This document shows, one piece after another, positions 1-12,171 of a stretch of DNA of 64,000 nucleotides (the first letter of the stretch is position 1; each line of letters begins with the position of its first letter). The DNA is from Octopus bimaculoides (taxonomy: Eukaryota), in NCBI RefSeq assembly GCF_001194135.2, contig NC_068984.1, positions 79,603,795 to 79,667,794 on the forward strand, written 5' to 3'. The notes below the pieces were generated by a model. It was not told the origin of the DNA and ran no database searches. It saw nothing but the letters and a program-made list of their open reading frames with translations. Made by a program: the position numbers and the translations under genes.

Positions 1-318
1 ATATATATATATATATATATATATAAACATACATATACGCAAACATATATGCAGTCATACATACACACACACACACACGTATATATGTATGTATGTGTAT
101 ATATATATATGTATATATATATGTATGTGCACACACACACAGATAAATATATACATGTGTATACGCATAAATATATAAGTGTTTACACATGAATATATAC
201 ATGCATATACATACACACGTTTATATACACATATATACATACATATATATATATATACTCCTGCATTTATATTTACAAATATAAACACATAATTACACAC
301 ACACACACACACTCACAC

Positions 319-368
<50 letters not shown>

Positions 369-719
369 ATACAAGTATCACCAAGGAATACTGAGTGTCA
401 CAATTAAGCTTAATGGAAAATATGTTGCTGCCATTAAGGGAAGAATACAAGTAATTCTTAATAGATATAATGTTTGCAACAAGGTAGCTAAAGCATTATC
501 TCTGTATTCACCACCATCAACACCACCTCCACTGCTATATCATAAAGTGTCTGTCATTCCGCTGCTAAAACACACCCAGGCATCATTTGTACCATTCTTA
601 TGTAAAAGTCTAGCATTATTTCAACTTGAAGGCTTCCCTTGTGTGTCGTGTTATCACAGAACTGATATGCTGCCGCTATGAACTTAACCAGCTCAGTGTC
701 GCCCACACTACCAATTGTT

Positions 720-1080
720 GCATTGATTAATTGGAGCCACTGCCACCGGCACCACTGCTAGTGTTGCAGGTGACACCTCTGCTGTCATCAGCACCACTAC
801 CACCAACTCTGCTGTCACTACCACCAGTACTGCTTCTGCTACCAGTACCGCTGCCGCCACCATCACCACCGTCACCACCACCACCACTGCTGTCACTACC
901 ACCACTACCACTACCTCTACCACCACCACCACCACCGCCACTGCTTCTGCTACCATCACAACCACCACTACCACTATTGTCACTACTACCACCACCACTA
1001 CCAATACTGCTACCACCACCACCACCATCACTACTATTGCTGCCATCACCACCATCACCTGTAATACATTTCTCTCTTCT
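720..1080. repeat. Degenerate (ACC/CAC)n trinucleotide repeat
   Basis: Runs of accaccacc/actacc; source of the poly-Pro and poly-Val pseudo-ORFs. Confidence 0.9.
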
Positions 1081-1382
1081 GCTGTCATATTCAAGGTCAC
1101 TTCTGTTTTGGAGCTCTTACTTAAAATATAATGGTAATGCCAATAGCTATGGTGTAACTGTTTTGTGTTGGGTCAGAAGAATTCAGAAAGAAGAGTTGCT
1201 AGAATTCTTAAGGATATTTTGCAAAACCTCTAACTTCTACCTCTGATACATTAAGAGTCTGATGCTTTGATTGAAATCCACTGTCCTGCTCTGTTATTTC
1301 CTTATGGTGTGATTTGAGGCATTTGGGTGCTGATCCTAGCAGAGCGAGCAACCATGTACAGACTACTTCCTGACAAAATCTC

Positions 1383-1958
1383 TGTGTGTGGGTGTGTGTT
1401 GATAAATAGGTTATTGATATGTGTGAGAGAGATTCAATGTTGTGAACCATTTAAAAAGTATCTCAGTTGAAAATTCTTAAAATGTATAAAAAAAAAATAG
1501 TGAACAAAATCATAAAAATTTTCCTGTGACCTGGAGACAATTTAATATGTCAAATAAGCATATCAATAAATCAATATTTTATCAATTAATGCAACTGAGA
1601 TGTAATCAATGTCTTTACACTGATATGACTGTAATGTTTTGCTACTTAGCTGGAGATCGCTAAGAATTTGAGGGTATGCTCTCGTATGTATGTATATATA
1701 TATATGTGTGTGTGTGTTTATGAGTGTGCATGTATATATGTATGTGTTTGTTGACTGAAATCTGAAATCATTGATGTGTAAATGTGTATATATATGTTTA
1801 CATATAATAAACTGGAATAGCAAGTAGACAAACACTATAAGAAAAATAAATGGATTTTTTTTTTGTAGTTTGTCAGTCTGTTACAGGCTTCTACATGTAT
1901 TTACTTTTTAAATATGTGGGTGAAAATTATCTTTCATCTATAAATGATGCATAATGAT
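1383..1958 (+). repeat. Copy 1 of a ~0.57 kb local direct duplication
   Basis: Aligns along its length with 2782-3337 (shared gagagattcaatgttg..., tttcctgtgacc, ttagctggagatcgctaagaatttgagg, ttatctttcatctata). Confidence 0.9.
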
Positions 1959-2423
1959 TAAGTGAGGCCAAGTGCATTTAATGGATCTTGTACTACTGCT
2001 ATAGTTTTCTTTTTTATCTTTCAACATGATTCTAGTTGCCAAGTTTACGTTAGTCCATGGCACTGCCAAGATGTAGAAAAGGCAAGTTAATAAATTAAGT
2101 TAGCTTCTTAGTAGGATGGAACCAGAGAACAATATTTCATCAAATTCTTCATTGTCATGACTTTTTGTAGAATAATGTCGTAAAAATATATTTATTATTT
2201 TGCTGAATAATTTTAAATTAGAAAATAGATTAGAACTTCTAGTTTTAATTAAAGGAAGGAAAAAGAAACCAGAAGAACTTCAAAATTTTTCTACCTGTAC
2301 CAGTTTTGTAAGTTATGTGTTACAGGTTGCAGATAATTAATTATTTGATTATTAACAGCAGGATTTCCAGTTGCATGGATCCTTAGTCATTTGTCCGTTG
2401 TGTCAGGTTGTTGTTTTTTTCTT

Positions 2424-2590
2424 GGTGAGACATCAATCTCATCCACTGCAACTTTCCTTCTAAACTTTTATGCAGCTTTCCTGATCAAACTTTTCATGAA
2501 ATGACTTTCCATCACACTACTGTTCATTAAAAAATTTTTCACAAAATGACTTTTCATCAGGCAACTTTTCAAACAATTCTTCATGAAATG
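2424..2590 (-). repeat. Degenerate ~15-bp unit array (actttt catcaaac orientation)
   Basis: Repeated aacttttcat/ttttcatca motifs; reverse complement of the 4770-5153 array. Confidence 0.6.
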
Positions 2591-2624
2591 TATGTGTTCT
2601 ATTCACTGGAGGCTGCTACATAAT

Positions 2625-2684
<60 letters not shown>

Positions 2685-2781
2685 GCATACTTAAAGGGAG
2701 AGAATCATTTCTAAGTTTTTTTCCCTCATTTTATGTTGAGAAATTTTTATTAGAAAAGTGGAAAAAGGAAAGAGCATACAC

Positions 2782-3337
2782 GTGTATGTGTGTGTGTGTG
2801 TTGGTAAATATGTTATTGATGCGTGTGAGAAAGATTCAATGTTGCGAACCATTTAAAAAGTATCTCAGTTGAAAATTCTTAAAATGCCTCCACAAAAAAT
2901 TCGAACAAAATCATGAAAATTTTCCTGTGACCAGGAGACAATTTAATACGTCAAATAAGCATATCAATAAATCAATATTTTATCAATTAATCCAGCTGAG
3001 ATGTAATCAATGTCTTTACACTGAGATGACTGTAATGTTTTTCTGCTTAGCTGGAGATCGCTAAGAATTTGAGGGCATGCTCTTGTATGTATATATATGT
3101 ATGTGTTTATGTGCATGTGTGTATGTGCATATTGACTGAAATCTGGAATCATTGATGTGTAAATGTGTATATATATATTTACATATAATAAACTGGAATA
3201 GCAAGAATACAAACAATATAAGAAAAATAAATGGAATTTTTTTGTAGTGTGTTGCTCTGTTATAGACCTTTAAATGTATTTGCTTTTTAAATATATGGTT
3301 TAAAATTATCTTTCATCTATAAGTGATGTATAATGAC
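2782..3337 (+). repeat. Copy 2 of a ~0.57 kb local direct duplication
   Basis: High similarity to 1383-1958; ends where the CR1 fragment begins. Confidence 0.9.
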
Positions 3338-3339
3338 TG

Positions 3340-4353
3340 CATTCTTCACCCTATGAGATATCATCTGGTGTACCATGGATCTGTACTTGGTCCCCTTTTG
3401 TTTGTTGCATACATTAATGACAAATACCAACTTAATGAATGCTACAGTGCTGAAATATGCAGATGAAATCAAGCTGTACCTTGAAATAAAAAGGACAGAT
3501 CCTGAATACTATAGATCTTTCCTGCAATTGGACCTGGACACAATGCAAGGATGGATCATGGACTGGCAACTCAAGCTGGCTGTGGACAAGTGTACCACTA
3601 TGGATTTTGGAAGGAAAAACCCAGTGTCCACATACTCTCAATTTGTGCTGGACAAAGCACATCTCTAAAATTGTCAAGAAGGCTGAGGGTGTCTTGGCAT
3701 CATTCAGCAAGACCTTTGTCAGCCACTCTCCAGCTATCTATCTAAGGCTGTATATGGCTATGGTGCAACCACACTTGGAATTTGCATCACCAGTCAGGAA
3801 CCCCTATCTTGCTCAGGACATTGACCTTCTGGAAACTGTTCAGAGACATGCAACCAAGTGAATACCCTCCATCAGGCATCTACCATACTCTAAATGCCTT
3901 GCTTCCCTGGCCATAGTTACATTGCAGCTCCAACGTCTGGCAACTGACTTAGTAAACACCCACATAATTATTAACCATTGTGCCAACAACCACCTTGAAC
4001 ACCTTTTTGAGCTCCATGTGTTTAACACATGTGGGCATGCCTACAAAGTCAGAAAACAGCACAGCTCCCATGACTATCAGAAACATTTTTTCACACTCAG
4101 AGTTGCTGAAGCATGGAACAAACTACCTGCATCAGTTGTTAGCTGCTGAGACATTGCATCCTTTGAAACCTCCATGCTTCCTGAAATTCGCCAACACTAC
4201 ATCTGATATCCCTGCATATGCATGCACACACGTATATCATGACTCATATGCTGTACACTTTCCCGATATTTGTACATAATTTTTATGTACTATACATGCA
4301 CCTTTGACGAGTTGTAGTGCACTTGAGCACTTTATACAATAATTTCATTATTA
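3340..4353 (+). mobile_element. 5'-truncated, degenerate CR1-clade LINE (end of RT and 3' region)
   Basis: Frameshifted ORFs: LKYADEIKLY (decayed YADD), LQLDLDTMQGWIMDWQLKLAVDKC, LYMAMVQPHLEFASPVRNPY..DIDLLETVQRHATK, RKQHS...HFFTLRVAEAWNKLPASVV; (tta)-type tail near 4345. Confidence 0.9.
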
Positions 4354-4354
4354 T

Positions 4355-5153
4355 AGTATTTTTCAGGAAATTGTATTGCAAACAATGACTATTCGTTCCA
4401 ATGAATTTTTGCTCAAGCTATTTTTCATAGAATAGTTTTTTATCAAACTACTTTCCTTTAAGTGATTTTTTTTTTTATCAAATGACTTTTCATCAAACAC
4501 TTTTTATTAAACATATATGAAAACAGTTTGTACAATATGTATAATGATCAATTACAAAATAATTTAAGGAGCTAACTTTTATGCATTAATTTCTTCTATG
4601 CAATGGACATAAAATATGTATGCACTTATACAGGCACATAAATTAGAGAGAGAGTACTACTAGTCAAGTTGTTTGTAAAGATTTGATGTTCTAAAAATTG
4701 TATTATTGAACAATTACATGATAGTTGATGAAAAATTTATATACAAAATGATATATTTTCCAAGTTATTGTATGAAAAGTCATTTTGGTAAAAATCTGTC
4801 CAATGCTTGATGTTAAGCAGTATGTTAGAAAGCTGTTTTATGAGAAGTTTGGTGAAAAATAGTTTGATCAGAAGTCATTTGATGAAAAATCAATTAATGA
4901 AAAATCAATTGATGAAAAAATGCTCGATAATTACTTGTTTGATGAAAAGTAGTTTGATGAAAAATTCTATGAGGAAAAGTAGTTTGATGAAAAATTTTGT
5001 TTGATGTAAAACAGCTTGAAGAAAAGTTGTTTGATGTGAAGTAGTTTGAATAGTCATTTGATGAAAATTTTGTTTGACGAAAAGTTGTTTCAGACAAAGT
5101 TATTTAATAAAAGTTGTTTGAGGAAAAGTTGCTTAATGAAATGTGATAGCACC
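4355..5153. mobile_element. Foldback-like element with oppositely oriented 15-bp unit arrays (4355-4510 and 4770-5153)
   Basis: Right array repeats tttgatgaaaagtag with a 15-bp period (5-aa period in ORF 4807-5004); left array carries the reverse-complement motif. Confidence 0.5.
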
Positions 5154-6101
5154 AGTGGAACATGCTTTACCTCAATGAATTTTTGCATTTATAGATTACA
5201 AACTATCCATTTATGAGTAACTTGTCCATGTTTTTTCTGCTCTCTCAATTAATTAGCTACACTAAATTAATCAATGAAGTAGATGATGTATAGTTGCATG
5301 ACTTGCCTGAAATAATACGGAAATCTCCCTCAAATCATGTACTGCTGTATTAAAAAAATAATGAGGACACATGCCTATGAGGAAGCCTATATTCTTGAAA
5401 TAGTAGCTAAATCTCCTTCGTATCGTACCCTAGCATCTTTTTGTTTTTTTTAAATAGTGAAAAAAACATTTTTTTTGCATATTTCTAGATGTACTATTAT
5501 TCCCGATAAACAAAATGATGGAAAGATCACTGCCAGAATGCCTTCAGTTATAACAGGTCTGCTCTGGGACTAAACAACTACAAGATAAATAACATATCAA
5601 AATTATTGATTCTATGAGAAAATTTCTTGGTGTGTAGGCACCAGTGTCAATCAAGGTGTATTTTTTTTGACATTCTGAACAATCTGATCATATCCATGTA
5701 TATTCGAATCAAGAGTTTGGTCTGAGACAGCTCTGTCATGTCTGACAAAACCTGACAAGGTTGATAAAATTTAGACTCAATAGATATTTAAATTGGATAA
5801 TACAAACTCTGTGAGTGAGTGTGTGTATGTGTGTGTGCATTTATACACATGCACACACATTAGTATGGTGCAGACATGGCAGTGATGTGCAGGTGTAGCT
5901 GTAAAGTGCAAGCATGGCTGCAGCAAAATCATAGTTGTGGCACGAATATGGTTGTGTAGTTGAGAGGTTTGCTCCACAACCATTTAGTTTTGGGTTCAGT
6001 CCCACAGCATGGCACCTTGGGAAAGTGTCTTTAACTATAGCTCAGGATTAACCAAACCCTTGAATGTAGATTTGGTGGATGGAAATTGAAAGAAGCCTGT
6101 C

Positions 6102-6135
<34 letters not shown>

Positions 6136-6140
<5 letters not shown>

Positions 6141-6658
6141 GGAAAACAATATTTAATATTTTGAAAGATATACATCCAACATAACATGGTAACATAATAA
6201 ATTTAAAAGTTTAAAACATAAATATACGGAATATAAATATGAATACATATAAAAATCTAAAAATAGATATATATATATGTTTAAATATATATGCATATAA
6301 AAATTTATGTATCAAAATTTATGTATAAATAAGCATGAATATTATAAATTCTAAAATATAACATATAAAGAAACCTAAAGTTTAAAGAATAAAATATCTT
6401 ACGATCGTTTCGCGGATATTACTACAGTCACAAAGTGATCTAAAGATCATCTTATTATTAGTAATTCCGTTCTTCAGAGATGCATTAAGAACCCTTTATA
6501 TACCTATATAATATTAAAATATTAGAAATATTAAAAATTAAGAATACTAAAAATTAAAAATAATAATATATACTGTCCTTGTCACGTTAATCCTTCTGAA
6601 GTGTGTAAAATGTGTTCGTTTCTTCCTTTGTTGAAGTTTCGAGTGTCAAACACTCATT
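6136..6658 (-). mobile_element. Probable Penelope-like element terminal-repeat fragment running into an assembly gap
   Basis: Contains a minimal hammerhead motif. Minus-strand end is T-rich and abuts (TA)n. Sequence at the gap edge loosely resembles a GIY-YIG C-terminus (QRK..HF.HF..INV, weak). Confidence 0.55.
6396..6481 (-). ncRNA. Type I hammerhead ribozyme motif (Penelope/retrozyme-like)
   Basis: Minus strand: AUCU-CUGAAGA-a-cggaauuacua...uaguaauauccg-c-GAAA-CGAUCG-U-A-AGAU. Stem I is 4 bp, stem II ~11 bp with a bulge, stem III is the palindrome ACGAUCGU, cleavage triplet GUA. Pair 10.1/11.1 is an A-C mismatch. Confidence 0.75.
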
Positions 6659-7439
6659 NNNNNNNNNNNNNNNNNNNNNNNNNNNNNNNNNNNNNNNNNN
6701 NNNNNNNNNNNNNNNNNNNNNNNNNNNNNNNNNNNNNNNNNNNNNNNNNNNNNNNNNNNNNNNNNNNNNNNNNNNNNNNNNNNNNNNNNNNNNNNNNNNN
6801 NNNNNNNNNNNNNNNNNNNNNNNNNNNNNNNNNNNNNNNNNNNNNNNNNNNNNNNNNNNNNNNNNNNNNNNNNNNNNNNNNNNNNNNNNNNNNNNNNNNN
6901 NNNNNNNNNNNNNNNNNNNNNNNNNNNNNNNNNNNNNNNNNNNNNNNNNNNNNNNNNNNNNNNNNNNNNNNNNNNNNNNNNNNNNNNNNNNNNNNNNNNN
7001 NNNNNNNNNNNNNNNNNNNNNNNNNNNNNNNNNNNNNNNNNNNNNNNNNNNNNNNNNNNNNNNNNNNNNNNNNNNNNNNNNNNNNNNNNNNNNNNNNNNN
7101 NNNNNNNNNNNNNNNNNNNNNNNNNNNNNNNNNNNNNNNNNNNNNNNNNNNNNNNNNNNNNNNNNNNNNNNNNNNNNNNNNNNNNNNNNNNNNNNNNNNN
7201 NNNNNNNNNNNNNNNNNNNNNNNNNNNNNNNNNNNNNNNNNNNNNNNNNNNNNNNNNNNNNNNNNNNNNNNNNNNNNNNNNNNNNNNNNNNNNNNNNNNN
7301 NNNNNNNNNNNNNNNNNNNNNNNNNNNNNNNNNNNNNNNNNNNNNNNNNNNNNNNNNNNNNNNNNNNNNNNNNNNNNNNNNNNNNNNNNNNNNNNNNNNN
7401 NNNNNNNNNNNNNNNNNNNNNNNNNNNNNNNNNNNNNNN
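6659..7439. other. Assembly gap (others at 10341-10771, 16309-16811, 19432-19559, 27091-27193, 31748-32474, 38425-38889, 43543-43833, 52679-53262)
   Basis: Runs of N, most flanked by (TA)n, (GA)n or (CA)n microsatellites. Confidence 1.
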
Positions 7440-8037
7440 ACTTCAATTTATTTAAGTAATGCGAGCATTACCTTAAATGCAATATGAAGAGCAATCTTCA
7501 GCTGCACGAAAATGCAGAAAATTACTGTAGAAAAGACATATTATAAATGTGGCAACATTTCAAATCCAAGTGGGAGAGAGAGTACATAAAAATCCAAATG
7601 TGAGGAAGAATACATAAGTCCATCTTGACATAGCCGAGTCTATCAGTATACTTTCTAAAGTGGTTGGCATTAGGAAGGGCATCCAGCCATAGAAACCAAG
7701 CCAAAACAGACTATGGAACCTGATGTGGCCCCTGGCCTTGCCAGTTACTGTTAAGCCATCCAACCCATGCCAGCATGGAAAACAGACGTTAAATATTGAT
7801 GATGGAGGCATATTGTAACTTCTCTTATTTCTCTTTGGATATTAACAGTGTAAATAAAATGAAAGGACTTCAATTAGGAGGCAGAAAAGAAGAAAAAAAT
7901 GTATAAAACAGGTCATAAGTCAAATTAAAACTGTAACAGTATTGGTTTGTACGGATAAAAATCGATATAGAATTCTTTTATGTCCGTCTGTCTGTCTGCA
8001 TATCTATTTATCTATCAGCACATCTATCTATTTGTAA

Positions 8038-8081
<44 letters not shown>

Positions 8082-8129
8082 GTCTGTCTATCTGTCTGTC
8101 TATCCCTCTGTTGATCTAGTTAGCTAGCT

Positions 8130-8162
<33 letters not shown>

Positions 8163-8720
8163 GTTATATGTTTATATATATATATATTTGCATCTATCTA
8201 TCTATCTATTTACCTCTGTCTGTCTGTCTCTCTCTCGCTATCTCCCCCCCCTCTCTCTCTTTCCCTCCCTCTATCTGTCTGTCCGTATGTTTGTTTTAAA
8301 TCACTGAGTTTATCATTAGAACATCTATAGATCAATAAAATTTACTTTCACATTGCTAGATAATTAATTCTCCTTTCTCAGAACTCATTTCTCCATGATG
8401 TTGTTATGTCTTGGTAGGTTTTATGTTTTTGTCATTGTATTGTTTCATACACTGGTTTTATAGTTCATTTTAACTTCCAGATTTTATTATGTTCTTAACT
8501 TATTTCGCAGTAATTTTTTTATGTATGATGAGGATGTAAAACAGGGCAATACCTATACACTTCTTAGACTCCCTTAGACTAGTGAAGATTTATGATTCTC
8601 AAACAGTGCACAATGAATTTTTTTAAAATTTAATTTAAAATATAATCTAAGACTTCAGTAATCTATACATTTCTCTTGCAAAACATGTCATCAATAGTTT
8701 TGTTATACAAATATAAGAAC

Positions 8721-9015
8721 AAGCGTGACTGTGTGGTAAGAAGCTTGCCTTCTAACCACATGGTTCCAGGTTCAGTCTCACTGCATGGTACCTTGAGCAA
8801 GTGTCTTCTATTCTAACTTCTGACTGACCAATACTTTGTGAGTTGGTAGATGGAAACTGAAAGAAGCCCTTTATATATAATGTGTGTGTGTGTGTGTGCT
8901 TGTCTTCCACCATCGCTTGACAACCGGTGTTGGTGTGTTTATGTTCCAGTAACTTAGAAGGTTAGCAAAAAAAAAAAAAAGTACTAGAGTCGATTTGTTT
9001 GACTCAAATTATTCA
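8721..9015 (+). mobile_element. tRNA-derived SINE, family A (partial)
   Basis: Head gcgtgactgtgtggtaagaagcttgc...ggttcagtctcactgc, internal (TG)n, cgcttgacaaccg body. Confidence 0.85.
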
Positions 9016-9094
9016 AGGGACAGAAACTAGTCCACAGATGTTGTTTTGCACTGGATAGGAGTGCTGAGCTCCCTGTTTGAAAATATAACGACAC

Positions 9095-9205
9095 AGATAG
9101 TGTATCGTATAAGCTAGCTAGAAATGATGTGTCTTGGGACTAAAACAACAGTAACATCGTCCCTTTCGGGACAGCCACATTATGTTGGCAAATAGCCATT
9201 ACTTT
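9095..9205. mobile_element. Partial copy of the MITE family seen at 57471-57690
   Basis: gaaatgatg..gggactaaaacaacagta...gccacattatgttggcaaatagcc matches the right arm of the 57.5 kb MITE. Confidence 0.6.
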
Positions 9206-9208
9206 ATA

Positions 9209-9259
<51 letters not shown>

Positions 9260-10771
9260 GTCAGATGGGACCTTGATGACTGCTATAAAGTAGGAAAGTA
9301 TACTAATCCTTATATATTTAATACTCAATATTTCATATATTCAATAAGACATTCAATACTTCATTTCATTTTACTATTTATATTATATATTCCATATTCT
9401 ATATCCCACATTAATTTTATAAGAATATAAATAAAACATAAAAAACGGACAGAGTTGGAACTCTTTTAAGTAATATATTCCTCTATACACTATCATAAAA
9501 CCCCTTTTTTTATTTTTTATTTTTATTTTCATATATATATACACACGCACACACACATAAAATAACAAAGGCAGCTATACACAATATAAAACTAAAAAGG
9601 AAAAAATTCAGTTGTCACTAATTGTGAGTGAGGGTGCAGAGTAGTATTTACATTGCTAGAAATAAGAGTTAAAATCCATTAGAGCTGCAAAAAAGTACAT
9701 GTCTACACACTGACAGTGAGATCACCATACTAGAATTCTAGTATTGCTTGAAATTAAAGCTCTTCAGTGATGACTACCCCATTGCTGAATGGTTTGTCCA
9801 AATCCTGGCTGTCAGTATATAGTTTTTACTGTAAGAATCAATGACTGATTCAGCAAAATGGTAATGGGAAAAAATTATAAAATAACAAGGGTGGCTATAA
9901 TCAATATATACACATTCACATATGAAAACAACACTGATTAGTTTTGTGTCATATATTGTTTGATGATATATAAAATAGATACACACTCACAAATGCACAC
10001 ACATTTAGATATGTATGTATATGGGTTTTTATCTTTCTTCAAAAGTGCCTAAATCCTTACAAAATGTTTCATTGTTTTGGAAAAATATAGTCTTTGTTAA
10101 AGTTCTTTTCTGAAAGACAATTAAAAAAATAATTCTTCTCAATATATTTGAGCATATAAAGTAGTTTATTCAGAGCATCTTTCCAATGCTTTTAAAATAA
10201 ATTGTAGAAAAAGGTGCCTCGTGGAAATATAATCAAATTTTACAGCAAAATATATAACATTTTGCCATCTTTTAAAATTTTTTTGTTATTTTTTTAAAGG
10301 TCTTTTGGTTTTAGATTTTTCTAATGTTTATATATATATANNNNNNNNNNNNNNNNNNNNNNNNNNNNNNNNNNNNNNNNNNNNNNNNNNNNNNNNNNNN
10401 NNNNNNNNNNNNNNNNNNNNNNNNNNNNNNNNNNNNNNNNNNNNNNNNNNNNNNNNNNNNNNNNNNNNNNNNNNNNNNNNNNNNNNNNNNNNNNNNNNNN
10501 NNNNNNNNNNNNNNNNNNNNNNNNNNNNNNNNNNNNNNNNNNNNNNNNNNNNNNNNNNNNNNNNNNNNNNNNNNNNNNNNNNNNNNNNNNNNNNNNNNNN
10601 NNNNNNNNNNNNNNNNNNNNNNNNNNNNNNNNNNNNNNNNNNNNNNNNNNNNNNNNNNNNNNNNNNNNNNNNNNNNNNNNNNNNNNNNNNNNNNNNNNNN
10701 NNNNNNNNNNNNNNNNNNNNNNNNNNNNNNNNNNNNNNNNNNNNNNNNNNNNNNNNNNNNNNNNNNNNNNN

Positions 10772-10809
<38 letters not shown>

Positions 10810-10916
10810 TCTGTGTGTGTGTGTGTGTATTAATTATGTATACACGCGTTTACATCTATTTATTTTATATCCATTTAAAAAAATTCTTTCACATATTTCC
10901 TTATCGTTTTTTGCAG

Positions 10917-11104
10917 AATGGAAATGAAACATTTAATAAAGGACATATTATGAATGCAGCTTTTAAAGAAGCCTTAAAACTCTTCACATTTCATTGTTGT
11001 ATATTCCATGATGTTGATCTCATTCCTGAAGACGACCGGAATATGTACTCCTGTCCAGAATACCCTCGGCATTTATCTGTTGCTATTGACGAAATGGAAT
11101 ACAG
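10917..11104 (+). CDS. B4GALT: Internal coding exon of a beta-1,4-galactosyltransferase / beta-1,4-N-acetylgalactosaminyltransferase-like gene (GT7 family); family-level call, orthologue not assigned
   Basis: Translates NGNETFNKGHIMNAAFKEALKLFTFHCCIFHDVDLIPEDDRNMYSCPEYPRHLSVAIDEMEY(R), colinear without gaps with the B4GALT1 segment FNRAKLLNVG...FSDVDLIP...C...PRHISVAMD. Acceptor cgttttttgcag ends at 10916 (phase 0). Donor AG|gtaagt starts at 11105 (phase 2), the intron position I recall from vertebrate B4GALT genes. Confidence 0.95.
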
Positions 11105-11739
11105 GTAAGTTTGTTGTTTAGCACTTTATCACAATTTAATTACAAGCTATAAGATTTCCAAAGTCTTGGCTTTATAATTCATGGTGTAGGTGTTGAAAAC
11201 GCTTTTGTTTCTTTTTCCAATTCTTTTACAGGTGTTATTGAACAGATTTTGTAATATGTTATCTATACAATTTCAGAATGTAATATTTTGTTAATAATAT
11301 TTGGCCATCTATTGAGAAATTTGTGTCTCAAAATGAACATGTATATATATATATAGAAAATCTGTGTGTATTCATAAATGTATATGTGTGTGAGTTTATA
11401 TATATATATAGAGAGAGAGACAGACTCACAGGTATGCATGTATGGGGGTATTCATTTCTTGGGATATATTGTTGGCAAGGAATTTTGTGCATAATAATGT
11501 AATCTGCTGCATCTCATACAACAATGGAAAAGTATTGACAAGGCTATAGAGAAAAACGGTGAAATATTTTGAAGCTATTTGTTCCTAAAACAGAATAAGT
11601 CCACAACAAAATTATGTGTACATTAGTTAATTACAAAATTAATCAAATTTATATGTATGTGTTTGTGTGTGTGCATATGTATACATGTATGTGTTCCTGC
11701 ATATGTGTGTGTTTATATTTCTATATATTATTCATTTGA

Positions 11740-12171
11740 GGTTGTTGAGGCAAGTGAAATTGAAGCCGAACTAAATTTGATGACTGACACCCATGCCAAT
11801 GTCGTCTCCTTCATTGGACATGAAACTCAGCTTGCAAAGACCTCTTGGGGCAAGCGAAAGCGAAATCGTGATGGTACCTGTGCCAGCATCGCCTTTCTGG
11901 CACTTGTGCGGGTGGCACATAAAATACACATTTTTGAGCGTGGCCGTTGCCAGTACCGCCTGACTGGCCTTCGTGCCGGTGGCACATAAAAGCACCCACT
12001 ACACTCTCGGAGTAGTTGGCGTTAGGAAGGGCATACAGCTGTAGAAACTCTGGCAAATCAGATTGGAGCCTCGTGTAGCCATCTGGTTACACCAGTCCTC
12101 AGTCAAATTGTCCAACCCATGCTAGCATGGAAAGCAGATGTTAAACGATGATGATGATGATGATGATGATG

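Noticed and set aside
55-1246. Long ORFs rich in Val, Pro, Tyr/Ile or Cys/Val here and throughout the ORF track
   Set aside because: They are translations of (TA)n, (CA)n, (GA)n, (ACC)n and (ATT)n microsatellites.
5489-5556. Exon-like segment after tttctag (CTIIPDK...)
   Set aside because: Weak donor (gtctgc), no GT7 similarity, and the 3' part resembles a dispersed repeat end (ctgggactaaacaac).
6601-7487. 200-390 aa ORFs spanning N runs (all gaps)
   Set aside because: Artefacts of gaps containing no stop codons; only the 3' end of ORF 10305-11108 is real coding sequence.
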